Source: Trichosphaerium sp. ATCC 40318
Lineage: Eukaryota > Protista > Tubulinea
Assembly (NCBI GenBank): GCA_038496445.1
Contig: JALMLS010000491.1
Span: 48,970-112,969 of the forward strand
DNA length: 64,000 bases
Direction of reading: 5' to 3'
The position numbers and the translations under genes are program-made. Each line of letters starts with the position of its first letter. The stretch's first letter is position 1. Positions 50,937-63,584 of the stretch are shown piece after piece. The notes beneath the pieces are model-generated. The model ran no database searches, was not told the DNA's origin, and saw only the letters and a list, made by a program, of their open reading frames with translations.

Positions 50937-52077
50937 TTGCGCTCTGGTATAAAGTCAACTAGCTACGAAAAATCAGGGCGAAAGCGAAGTTGTGACACGA
51001 AAGGCAGTAAAGTGCAACTAGCTTCGCTAATCGATTTTATTTTAAAGTTAGCGGTTAGCCTACGAGTCGCCTTGTAGACTAACGGACGTAAGAAAAGGCC
51101 GATTTGGTGGCGTTACTCGATTTCTAGAATTTATTGGCGCTGTTTTGATCAAAAACGCCTCAAAACACTTGGAATATATTGTTTTTGGCGGTTGCTGTCT
51201 TAAAAAATGACAAAATAGAAACGTTGATGAAGAGTTACGTACAAGGTCGTACAATACTACTAGTTCCAAAATTGAAGGCTACGTAGTAGTTGTAGCGTGG
51301 TTTGATGGTTTACTAGAGTGATTGATTAGAATTGACCTACCACCAAAAAAGGAAGGATAAAGTCAAGTTGTGAAAATATCTAACAGCCCAAATTAGATTA
51401 ACCACAGCTATCAAAAAGCTGTTCACATTAATTTAAAGGATCTATTCTTTTCAAGGTTGTTCGTACCTTTCTTGTTAGATATTAGTTTGTGAGTTTCGAG
51501 AACTGGCCTAAATTGTGCGACTTAGATGTGTACGCTGTTTTTGCATATACTGTTCTGGACCTAAAACCAACGTGAAATAAATGTGAAGGCTATTTGTTCA
51601 CCAAGAATTAGTTTCCCATAATCTCTTGTGCTACAAAGGTTTTGACCCAATTTATCGACAACAGCATTGTCAGTCATTATCCATCATACTACGAGGATGT
51701 ACATCATTTTACGAAGCTGTATGTACACATCTTACAAAAAGCGTCACACAAAATATGAGGCGTGGAGATAGTTTGGGTTACGAGTAATTAGTAACAATAT
51801 TGCAAACCCGTAGGCTTGCACTTTTTCTTTTATTTTTCACGCCGGATTTTGACAATCGTTACGTAACTGAACAAGTTTTTGTGTTTTCTACCAGTTCAGT
51901 CTTCTTGCTGAGGAGTAAACATAGTAAACACGGATAGAAATCGGGTTTTAAGCGTATTCAAAGTAAAATATTTCAAATAAAACGCAGCAACTCAAACGGA
52001 TACGCGAGGGGTCTATTTGGTGGTTTATTTAAGCAAGTAATACAACGTATCGAATACATATCTATTCGCGTGAGCAT

Positions 52078-52317
52078 TCAGATTACTCTAGCACGCCAAT
52101 TTTGCCATTCCCAGGTCGTGCAATAGCCCATTGCTTTTCCTGTAATCTGCCTCCACCACATATTCCTGCAATTACGAGTGTAAAAAGGGCGATACCGACT
52201 CAAGCATATCCTTTCGTTGTTACTACAACAGCAAACAGGTGATCGTATGAAACTTTGCACCTCTACAGCAACAAAAGCGAGCACTACTATCGCAAGGAGA
52301 AGGTGAGCTAAGCGCAT
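52078..52317 (-). CDS. Small secreted cationic Cys/Trp-rich peptide (79 aa)
   Basis: Clear signal peptide MRLAHLLLAIVVLAFVAVEVQS; 57-aa mature part with 6 Cys, 9 Arg and 5 Trp; AATAAA ~50 nt downstream. Confidence 0.7.
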   Translation of the reverse strand: MRLAHLLLAIVVLAFVAVEVQSFIRSPVCCCSNNERICLSRYRPFYTRNCRNMWWRQITGKAMGYCTTWEWQNWRARVI

Positions 52318-53271
52318 TGTTGATAGTATTTTATGGCTAGAAAAAGGCGAAAACGACCCGATTTGACGTCAAAGAACCTAAAAAAGGAAGCGATCTTTCC
52401 CAACTAGCGCCTACCTAGAGAGAGGTAGTTAGTTATCATTGGTTGGCCGCTACGCGTAGTAGATATTTACTTCAACTAAAAGCAAAAGAACTGCTATCAA
52501 GGACATCCTGAGTTTAACTACGTCCAACGTTATACTAATTGCGTAAAAGTTTCATCATGCTGGTTCTATTGGACAATCTTTGCGGATTAGAGTTTGTTTA
52601 AGTGTGCAACGATGTTCATGAGCACTCCTATAACATTTGCAGCGCTTACACGTTTATCTATCTTTTATTTTTGTTCTCAACAATTGTTACAATTGACTGC
52701 AACAGTATACCCGCGCGTAGAGTTATCTATTTTTTAGGTTTAAAGTTGCGGAAAAAACCCTGGAAGCGACTTTAAAATCAAAACAAAGAAAAATCTCGAC
52801 AAGGCGACCTTCTAACACTGTGACCTTCCTCAACACCTTTTCAATACCTCATGTTATACGTGATGGGGCGCTATGCTCTCACAGTGACGGACAAAACGAG
52901 TTAACGACTAAGCAGTCACCCACAAAAATTTGTTTTCCGAAGACTTCTAGTGCGTAGTAGACCACAACGACAAAAAAATTCGGAGATATCAATGTCTATT
53001 TTGAGTAAGTCTAGAAAATTAACGAAACGAAAGTCAAATTTTTTATTATTCGAGCTGCACTTTACAACTGGAATATACGATTCGATAAGACTTTGACATG
53101 TTTCGAATTGACTTGCACGCCAAAAAAGGAAATACTGCGTACTGTCTAAAACTAGCGTTACACACTCAATAACGAAGCACAGGTACGTCTGACTTTAACG
53201 TCCTATAAAGCTATAACTTGCTAGTAAGTATTAACACGCCTTAGAAGCAATACAAGACAGTACAATTCGCT

Positions 53272-54321
53272 ATGAAGCTTTGCGTATTTGCTCTTTGCTG
53301 TATCGCTGTTATTCACTGTGTTATCCCCGTTGTGGGTGGTGCCGTAACGTCAGATACTGAAGTTGAAGAGACAAGCAACGCTGGCTTTACCGTTTGCGGC
53401 AAAAACCTTGGTACGTAAACAACTACATTGAATGCAGAAATACTTCGAAAGTGGTGGAATATTCCCATTTTAATTGCTCATTGTTGGTATCTAGGTAACC
53501 TTACAAACATGTTAACTGCTATGTATAAGCAAATAGAAATCTCAAAAATGAGTGGAAAAGCTTGTTACGCGCAAGTGGCTATTGTAAATCAAATTGCAAA
53601 CATTGTAAGGTGCGTACAAATCATACAAGTCAAGCAAATTAAGCGATTTCTCTTAATTTATATGTACTTAGATTACAAATGCCTGGTTTTCTAGATAAAG
53701 CATCTATTATTGCATCTGCCGGTGTTACTGGAGGCGCTTACATTCATGGTTCAGGAATAATGTCAACTGCTGTGAGCAATAAACAAGCAGGATGCTATGT
53801 TACGCCTTCTGCCGGTATGCTATTGTTTGCATTTTGTTCATTTCTCGCTTGTGCTCATCCATATTCAGGTATAGGATTCACTATGGTATTAGAAGCACAA
53901 CTAGGAATCGGTATTATATGTAAAGCTAAAGATTTAGAAGGTAAGTTTGATGACACTTATTGATACACTAACGAAGAAAAAAATAGGAATGTTTATGTCT
54001 GCAAGGCTTGAATCGAACTTTGCAGTTGGTTTTGGTGGTCGATATTATATATATCCATATACCGGTGTAGAGTTATATTTAAGTACAGGGCTGGGTTTTG
54101 AACTCGGCAGTGAGGTGGGATACACGATAGCATGGAAGAAACTAAAATTGACATCAAAAAAAGAACATAACGAAGTAAAAAGAAAGAATAGACTGTATAA
54201 GGAGAGCATACTAAAGGAATATGAAGAAGAAGCAAGGAAAGAAGAAGAAGAAGCAAGGAAAGAGGAACAAGCAAAGAAAAAGGAAGAAGAAAAGCGCAGA
54301 TCCATATGGCCTTTTAAGTGA
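53272..54321 (+). CDS. Secreted Gly-rich beta-hairpin protein with a charged C-terminal tail (5 exons)
   Basis: Signal peptide MKLCVFALCCIAVIHCVIPVVG; exons join in frame through short GT-AG introns; alternating Gly/hydrophobic strands; EEEARK repeats. Confidence 0.7.
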
Positions 54322-54695
54322 GCGCAAGCTTGGCGTATTGTTTTAATGTATTTGCCCGCTTTAAGCCGTCTAAAAAATTGTTTGTTTTGAGTAGTCTTTC
54401 AGGGCCTTGATTTGTTTTATATCACTACATCAATTGCACGGTAAAAAGTGACAATATTGTTGAAGACTTACAAGGTTATTGCGATTCAGGTAGTAATTCA
54501 GCTGAAACACTACAGAAATTGATTTATGTATCTTTCTTGTATAATGTTGCAAACAACTATCTACACTACAACACCTGTTTTGGTTCTAATAAGCATCTGG
54601 AGCGTAGAAGCTTTATTTGTACTTCACTTTTAGGCAGAACAACCCGGTGTTTGTATCTTGCACAGTGGACTAGAAAATCTGATTTACAATAGTTT

Positions 54696-57188
54696 TTATT
54701 CTCTGCTTAGGTTATATACACCATTGCATGCACATAAAGAAGGAAAATTTCTACATTTTGTACAACATTGATCTGTGGTACTCGAAATACAATTGAGGAT
54801 TTCATTTAAAACACCTTTGTAGTCTATGGCATCTGCTCGTTGCAAACAACGTCTCCAATTGAGAGGTAGCACTGACGCCCACGCTTCTGTAAGTATCTTA
54901 GCACGTGCTCTTTTTAAAAGCTCATCTGCTTTAAAATGGGCCTCTACGAAATGCTGGTATGCTGTATCAACTCTATCCCTGTCATTCTTTGTTATATAAA
55001 AGTATGCCATCACGAAAATGAATGAGTACAAGTCATCCTTTGGTGTATAGGCATGTTTCTTTTTTGGATATTCGTCAATCCACTCTTCGTACAATTGTGG
55101 AGCGAATTTGAGACCACCACTTATACCTATTGGCGTAGTATCTGTCGTGGAGGCTCCCCAATCAATCAGCATGTATCTTGTTATGTCTTCTTTGTAAGCT
55201 GGTGGTAGCAGCATGATATTTGAAGCGGAAATATCTCTAGAGGAAGAATAATAAGTAGTTTGTAGAATTAATAGGCAAGTAAGTAGTTACCTGTGAACAA
55301 CACCTTTACTATGAACAAGCTCAAGAGTTCCAATTATTTGTTTTGCTAGCAACACATGATCAAACGGAGCGTCTCTGTAGCTTTGACAAATACAATTCAT
55401 TGCAAATCCTACACCTGGATCTACGCCAACCTGTCAAGGCATTAAGACTTGAGAAGTATTAAAAATATTTCAAAAAACAGAAGCGTTGATCAAGTGTGAC
55501 ATGTTGATAAACGTACAACTTTTGGAACACCAGGAACATTTTTGAGAAGATCTAATATTCGCATTTCTCGATCCATTTTTGGCTTTATTGGATCATCCAT
55601 ATTTTCTATGTAATCCTTGAACGCAACATACTTTGGAGGATCACTTTTGGATAAGTACATCATGTACACTGTTCCATGAGCACCTATACCAAGTGCTTTT
55701 CGTGGTACATACTCAAACCCATTGATTGTAAATACTTTTGAAATATATCCAAGATCGCCAAGCTTGTAATGTAGCAAACTTACCAAATGCTTTAGACCTT
55801 CACCTGGAGCATTTGAATCAAGTAAATCCATTTCATATGTTGCGTGATGCGTAGTTTCGGATACAAGAACGCCTGCTTTGGTAATCTTGAAAAATTGAAT
55901 TTTCTGATAATTTTGAAGTATTCCATACACAAATTCGCGGCGAGGTTGGGCTTTAAGGATTCTGTTCATGTCACTCCATATCATGCCTTTATCATGTGCG
56001 GTGAATGAAGCTAATAACACAAAATAAGCAACAAATAAAACCAAGATAAAGTCAAGCACAAGCCAAGTACATACCGTTGCCTTCTAATATGTCCCAAGTT
56101 AACACGTGATGATACAATGTACAATCTCTTTCACGAATCGTTTTGAGTTGTGGTATGATTCGAAAACGATTTGGAAGAAATGATTTAGCATCTGGAACGA
56201 CGTCTGCACGAATATTTGGACAAATATCATCACGTGATAAAAATGATGCGAAGTCAGCAGTGTATTTGTCAAGCGAACATGATTTGAGCTTTAACATCAT
56301 CGATTGAAATGTTTGACATGATTCAATGTATTGCTTAGACGTTTCAGGATGACAAAATGAGTGTTGATATTCTGTTTTCTCAGCAATGGAATGTGCAATG
56401 GCAGGATACCCTTACGAAAAAAATTAGAAAAAAAACGCCTCATTGGAAAGAAAACGGAGATACCTTGCATCGTCCTCTGGCTCAAGGATGCATCTCTAAA
56501 TGAATATATTAATTCTAAGTACAGTCGGTTGTTTTTGTTTTGCATTGCTCTGTGGCGTTTGTATTCATAGTCAGTTTCTTCTTCAGAACGACGCAGTCTT
56601 CTTTTAAGACAGTTTAACGCCTCTCTATTTTCTTCTCTTACTTCGTTTATTACTTCCTCCCTCATGTCTTTTTTCACGCCGGCAATAATAAGATCAAAGA
56701 AGTCGTTCTTACTAGACATGTTTTCTTCTTCTGATTGGTCTTCTTTTGGAGCAGCTTGGGGCACTGTGTCTATACTTTCTGCTATAATAAAACCAAATCA
56801 ATAAAGTGTATTTTGCTGTTATTGAGTACCAGTGGTCTCTTTGTTACAAGCATCAAACACCATATTGATGATCGCTACCTTACGCAAACCTTTGGTTACA
56901 ACAGTGATATTACACTGTGTTGCCATGGCTGAGAGCTCGTTGATGGAGAACTTTTGCAGTTGTTTCTTTGTCAACGCTGCTCTCACAGTGTCCTACATCA
57001 ACCACTTAGCAGGTGTTAAATGTCTTTGAACGAACTTGCTGATTTCCACAAGCGTTAAATACCAAATCTATAAGTGCTGTCTTTCGCAAACCTTTTGTGA
57101 TACTAACATTGCATTGAGTTGCAATGGCCGTAAGTTCTTTGATGTTGAATTTATGGAATTGACTCTTTTTTAATAAGTCCGTTGTCAT
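54696..57188 (-). CDS. Crinkler-like HeH(x2)-REase-like-protein kinase paralog 2 (apparently intact)
   Basis: Two N-terminal ELTAxAxQCNVxxTKGLRK helix-extension-helix repeats; QPRREFVYGILQNYQKIQFFK; kinase motifs LGIGAHGTVY, VAFK, HRDISASNIM, LIDWG; C-terminal CxxC...CxC. Confidence 0.8.
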
Positions 57189-58704
57189 ATTGTGCTGCGG
57201 TAAAGTGTCAGTGGGCTTGTGAAACAAAACCGCTGGCTGTTTGAAGGAGGAACTGTTTTCTTGCTCGGCAAATTAGAATAGCTTTTCGTGGATTACCACG
57301 CGTTTTAAAGGCTATGCGAACAAAATAAGTGAATATGAAACGAGCTAGAACGTTTTCATTTTCTACTTTGCTGTTTCGCACTATAATACACGCACGGCAC
57401 CAGAAAAAGTTGTTTGAGCGTACCCAAGTGGTCAAAGAGGCAAAATAAAACTACTCTGATTGAGAGCTACAAAGTACCTGTTGAAGTACTTATATTCTTT
57501 GTGTAGACTCACTAATAGTAACCAGAGCTGGTTTGCGCGCTTTTTTAAACTTTGGATGACTTCTGATGGCTAAGTTTCTTAAATTGGTTTTTTCTACATT
57601 ACCCATTCATGTTCTATACGTTTGCACTCAAGATCTCCATTTTTGATGTGACTACGATACCTAAATAGGAATAATTTTTTTATGTGAAGCCTACGTTAAC
57701 AACACACCATCCCAAGATGATTTTCACGTACAAACTAGCTCGGTTAGTAGTGCGTGATGATTTACTAGTAATCCTTTTTCAAGTAAGGCCAGAATATGAG
57801 TCATGACGCTCTATCTTGCGTTTACACACGTATTACAAGTTATGTTGTATTTTTTGTGACACAATCGAAAGTGGCTCGAGTATTATCGAAAAAAGTTAAT
57901 GTTGATAAGTAACAGCGGAATGTATCAAGCTATTCCTATACCTAAACAATCTCGACTGGAACCCGGTACCTCGGAGTTCTTAAATGGGCACTGCTTTTGG
58001 CTGTGATGCTTAAATAGGACCCATATACCACAAACTGGTTCCGCAGGTAAAGATGCTGAGAGCGTGAAGTTGATGTGTATCATGCCGCTTGCTTTTTGAA
58101 CTCAAGCACAAACAACAAACTACATAGTTTTCCACAAAAAAGTATTCTTTCAGAATGTTTAAGTTCGACATAAGCATTAACAAGATGGCACTTTAGTTCA
58201 TGTTCTGACCTTACTTAAAAAAGGCCAATACATCTTGTGGGAAAATACGCTCATTTAAGATTAAGATGGGCACACGAACCTAATTTAGAACTCCGTGACG
58301 CACTTATAGATGCAGTTTTTGGTACCTAATTTGGGTGTCACTGGTAAACTTTGTACTGGCTTCTAGGGTTGAGGTACACTAGAGCAAAGCTCCGTATTAA
58401 TTCCAAGAAACAGCAGTGTTTTTGACTACCAAACGCATACTTGAGTCCTATTATTTACCACTGTAACAGCTTCACAACAGCTCGTCCATAGATAAACCTA
58501 CAAGCAAGGTTATCACTCCGCCAAACTACTACCATATTGCACTAGAACTCTTCAAATTGTACGTTAGCTTTTCTGTATTGGAGATGATAGTGTAGGCCTT
58601 TTGCTATTACCAACGTGAACTTTGCAATACAAGATTGTCTGAACCTTTACTTTGATTTGTCAGTTTATTTGTATTTCTTGTTTTGCTAACGGTTTGTGCA
58701 GCAA

Positions 58705-59730
58705 ATGGACAAGTGCCAAAAAGAGCTCATCAAGTGTTTATCAATAAAGAATCTCGAAATTATAGCCAAGCTTAACAAAATCCCTACTGGTGATGAGCCT
58801 ATTGCTGAGAGAGCATTGGTTTAATTAATAATAGATGCAGGTATGCCTGAAATATAGCTTGGATATTAGTTTGCTTACCTACTCACAGCTAATGATTTTG
58901 ATGGTGATAAACTTGCATTGTTAGCAGACCATGTTGTCACTTTTATTGGTGTTGAACGGAAAGAACGTGAAGCTCGCAAGCGTCCAAGAGACGAAAAAGA
59001 AGAAAGAGACACAAACCAAGATGGCAATTTAACAACAATTCAACGTGATCAAAGAAGCAAACGAGCTAGAGCAGATAAAAATGACACCAGTAAAGTGTAT
59101 ATAGAACTACAACGTCAGTTTAGACAGTTGTCTTTAGGTCAAAAAGTAAAAATAGGTACGGTTGTTCTTTTCTTATATTTTTCTGCTAATGCTTATACTA
59201 TAAAGACCTAAAGGATGCCGCTCATATGTTCTTAAAGGAAATGAAAGACAAGAAAAAGCAAGATAACCGCTTTGAACAAGTGAACGTAGGCGGTATGTTC
59301 AAAAAAGTACAATTTAAGCACGTGATAGACTTATCATCATCTTAAGGATTAATGCTGGTCTCAAATCTTCAAAAAGACGAGAAAGATTTTTCAAAAACAA
59401 TGCTTGACATCCAGCGATCACTCTCTACTGCAAAGACTGATTCTTGCCATAACATTAGTAGCACTCTCAGTGTTTTAGTAACACCGCAAAGAGTAAGCTC
59501 TGATATTCAAGTATTTCCGCATCTGCCTAAGGGTACTCTCCCTGGAGCAAAAGGTCATGTTACAAAGTACCACCAAGTGCTATGTTGGAAGCTCCTTGAA
59601 GATGAGAGTACGTGAACACGACAAGTTCTTATTATGATTTACTAACTGGTTTGTTTAGAAAATGGCTTCACAGCAGATGAAGAAGGTAGAGTTTGGAGAG
59701 AAATGCACGAGATAATGCAAGCACAACCGA
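58705..59730 (+). pseudogene. Third, divergent Crinkler-like paralog (5' half); has an in-frame stop and is truncated at a chimeric junction
   Basis: YHQVLCWKLLE..GFTADEEGRVWREMHEIMQAQP aligns to HHVLTWDILE..SFTAHDKGMIWSDMNRILKAQP; TAA at 58822-58824 in exon 1. Confidence 0.65.
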
Positions 59731-61681
59731 CTGTACTTAGAATTATATATTCATTTAGAGATGCATCCTTGAGCCAGAGGACGATGCAAGGTATCTCCGT
59801 TTTCTTTCCAATGAGGCGTTTTTTTTCTAATTTTTTTCGTAAGGGTATCCTGCCATTGCACATTCCATTGCTGAGAAAACAGAATATCAACACTCATTTT
59901 GTCATCCTGAAACGTCTAAGCAATACATTGAATCATGTCAAACATTTCAATCGATGATGTTAAAGCTCAAATCATGTTCGCTTGACAAATACACTGCTGA
60001 CTTCGCATCATTTTTATCACGTGATGATATTTGTCCAAATATTCGTGCAGACGTCGTTCCAGATGCTAAATCATTTCTTCCAAATCGTTTTCGAATCATA
60101 CCACAACTCAAAACGATTCGTGAAAGAGATTGTACATTGTATCATCACGTGTTAACTTGGGACATATTAGAAGGCAACGGTATGTACTTGGCTTGTGCTT
60201 GACTTTATCTTGGTTTTATTTGTTGCTTATTTTGTGTTATTAGCTTCATTCACCGCACATGATAAAGGCATGATATGGAGTGACATGAACAGAATCCTTA
60301 AAGCCCAACCTCGCCGCGAATTTGTGTATGGAATACTTCAAAATTATCAGAAAATTCAATTTTTCAAGATTACCAAAGCAGGCGTTCTTGTATCCGAAAC
60401 TACGCATCACGCAACATATGAAATGGATTTACTTGATTCAAATGCTCCAGTGAAGGTCTAAAGCATTTGGTAAGTTTGCTACATTACAAGCTTGGCGATC
60501 TTGGATATATTTCAAAAGTATTTACAATCAATGGGTTTGAGTATGTACCACGAAAAGCACTTGGTATAGGTGCTCATGGAACAGTGTACATGATGTACTT
60601 ATCCAAAAGTGATCCTCCAAAGTATGTTGCGTTCAAGGATTACATAGAAAATATGGATGATCCAATAAAGCCAAAAATGGATCGAGAAATGCGAATATTA
60701 GATCTTCTCAAAAATGTTCCTGGTGTTCCAAAAGTTGTACGTTTATCAACATGTCACACTTGATCAACGCTTCTGTTTTTTGAAATATTTTTAATACTTC
60801 TCAAGTCTTAATGCCTTGACAGGTTGGCGTAGATCCAGGTGTAGGATTTGCAATGAATTGTATTTGTCAAGCTACAGAGACGCTCCGTTTGATCATGTGT
60901 TGCTAGCAAAACAAATAATTGGAACTCTTGAGCTTGTTCATAGTAAAGGTGTTGTTCACAGGTAACTACTTACTTGCCTATTAATTCTACAAACTACTTA
61001 TTATTCTTCCTCTAGAGATATTTCCGCTTCAAATATCATGCTGCTACCACCAGCTTACAAAGAAGACATAACAAGATACATGCTGATTGATTGGGGAGCC
61101 TCCACGACAGATACTACGCCAATAGGTATAAGTGGTGTCTCAAATTCGCTCCACAATTGTACGAAGAGTGATTGACGAATATCCAAAAAGAAACATGCCT
61201 ATACACCAAAGGATGACTTGTACTCATTCATTTTCGTGATGGCATACTTTTATATAACAAAGAATGACAGGGATAGAGTTGATACAGCATACCAGCATTT
61301 CGTAGAGGCCCATTTTAAAGCAGATGAGCTTTTAAAAAGAGCACGTGCTAAGATACTTACAGAAGCGTGGCGTCAGTGCTACCTCTCAATTGGAGACGTT
61401 GTTTGCACGAGCAGATGCCATAGACTACAAAGGTGTTTTAAATGAAATCCTCAATTGTATTTCGAGTACCACAGATCAATGTTGTACAAAATGTAGAAAT
61501 TTTCCTTCTTTATGTGCATGCAATGGTGTATATAACCTAAGCAGAGAATAAAAACTATTGTAAATCAGATTTCTAGTCCACTGTGCAAGATACAAACACC
61601 GGGTTGTTCTGCCTAAAAGTGAAGTACAAATAAAGCTTCTACGCTCCAGATGCTTATTAGAACCAAAACAGGTGTTGTAGT
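59723..61681. repeat. Inverted near-identical copy of 54565-56532
   Basis: Same translated ORFs as the kinase paralog 2 region; differs mainly by scattered 1-nt deletions. Confidence 0.95.
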
Positions 61682-63584
61682 TGTTGGAGGTAGCGTCGTT
61701 GGAGGTACAGTCGTTGGAGTCACAGTTGCTGGTGACTCAGTTGTTGGAGGTAGCGTTGTTGGAGGTACAGTCGTTGGAGGCACAGTTGTTGAGATACAGT
61801 TGTTGGAGGCACAGTTGTTGGAGGTAGCGTTGTTGGAGGTACAGTTGTTGGAGACACAGTACTTGGTGCTGTAGTTGTTGGTGGTGGTAATGTAGGTGGC
61901 TCGATTGATGTTGGAATAAAAGCTCCGGAATAGAACATCACTTTGTAAAGACATGTCTTGTAATGCTCATTTCCGAAGCTTCCAGTATTATCTGTCATTA
62001 TTCGTACTGTATCCACAATATTTGGGCCCCAGTTGATACAATGTTTGATGACCGTATTGTTGAATTATCCACAAGACCAAACGTAGCATTTTTTGTTGCA
62101 GGGTCATACCTGTGAATGAAAGAGTAAGAAAAAACAAGAAGTATAGGTTCGTTTCTTTTTCAGTTTCAAATTTCTTTGGCGTACGAGAAAAGATCAAGCT
62201 GATATCATCAAGCACATTGTAGGAATCAGTTCTACCAGAAAATCCAAAATAATCAATGGTATTTCCTTGAAAGAGCAAGCCACTGTCACTGGAAGGTACC
62301 CATCCAAGGATTCTCCCGAAAGAACTTGTTTGTAGTACTTGGACTTGAAGTATAACAGTGTATGGTGCGTTTTTTAGAATATCCGGGTTGTTTAGTATCA
62401 ACGAAGGGTTTGTGTTTAATGGTAGCTCTAGACAGCCCTCTGTCATGTTATAGACCTCTGGTATGCCTATTGTTAAGTTTCTATTTGAGAAAAAGTAAAT
62501 AATCATGTGAGGGAACATCTAAAAGGGGTACCCGTCACCAACGTCATCTAATAGATTTCCATTAAAGTTAAACTCGTATTCTAGAGTCTGAGCAACTGCG
62601 AGTTGTCCGAAAAAGACTAAAAACAGAAATATATGACAGCTTGTACGTGTTGCATGTTTGTCAATAGTTGCAGAAAATGAGGTCCTCTATTGACTTTATT
62701 TGATTTTTTTAGCTAATTAAAAATAACAATTTCAGGTTTTCGGTTTTCGCTTCGGATCCGCTACAACCCCTATGTTTGCAATAAAACTAGAGCAATGACG
62801 GTGTACGATAATTGTCGTTAATTATTGACCTATTTTCGCTAAATATGAAATTTTTTAGTTTTCTGTTGTTTTTGGACTAGATACTACTCTTTACGCGTCG
62901 AGATCTAATTACTTGCAGAACTGTTTATTTTTATTAAAAAAGCGCATTTCTGGTTTCCTAATTAGTATAATTCTACTATTCGTCTGTTACAGTGTTTTAA
63001 TGCGTAGGTGTAGTCGATATCGTGTATTTATTCGCGTTTTGCTGTTTTTGGAAGCAAGTTTAGAAAGTAGCATTAAGAAACAGCAGTATGTGATAAACTC
63101 TGTCATGTAGCCGCGTAATAGATGGTTTTGATTTGGTTTTTGTCTTTCTGAACTAACCCACCATGATTTAGGCCGAAACCCGTTTAATTAACATCAAGGC
63201 ACTTGATACAAGGCGGTATACTATGCAAACAATCCGCCGAAAACATTTCGCGACTTTGTCCTTTTCCGGTGTTCCAATCGAGAAGTAGAGAAATTTTCGC
63301 TGCGCGGTTGAATACGCTATGGCTTAAGCACTATATACATCACAGGAAGTTTGGGAGCGGGGATTTTCACATTTTACAATAACGTCATTCCATAAAAAGG
63401 TGATGTACTTATTTAATGGGATTAACGTTTAGCTCCTCGTGTCGTCTCTCATTGAAGCACCAAAAAGACAAGCTTGTATAAAAGTGGCATTTGTTCGTTG
63501 ACAACTATGTTATTACATTTTGAGTACCGTTTCAACAGTATAATTTTTTCTAGTACTGTTGAAACGGTACTCAAAATAGTGCGT
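61676..63584. repeat. Inverted near-identical copy of 45177-47090
   Basis: Contains the 5' part of the mucin-like gene, its upstream region and the 24-bp hairpin, in reverse orientation. Confidence 0.95.

Noticed and set aside
50082-58824. In-frame TAA codons in two kinase paralogs as evidence of stop-codon reassignment
   Set aside because: TAA ends well-supported genes here (lipase, TBC, ABA4-like, Arf) and long exons contain no in-frame TAA/TAG; pseudogenisation or sequencing error is simpler
59954-62518. Additional kinase and mucin paralogs, and a new fusion ORF at 61613-61954
   Set aside because: Near-identical inverted copies with 1-nt deletions and microhomology junctions; not independent genes and probably chimeric
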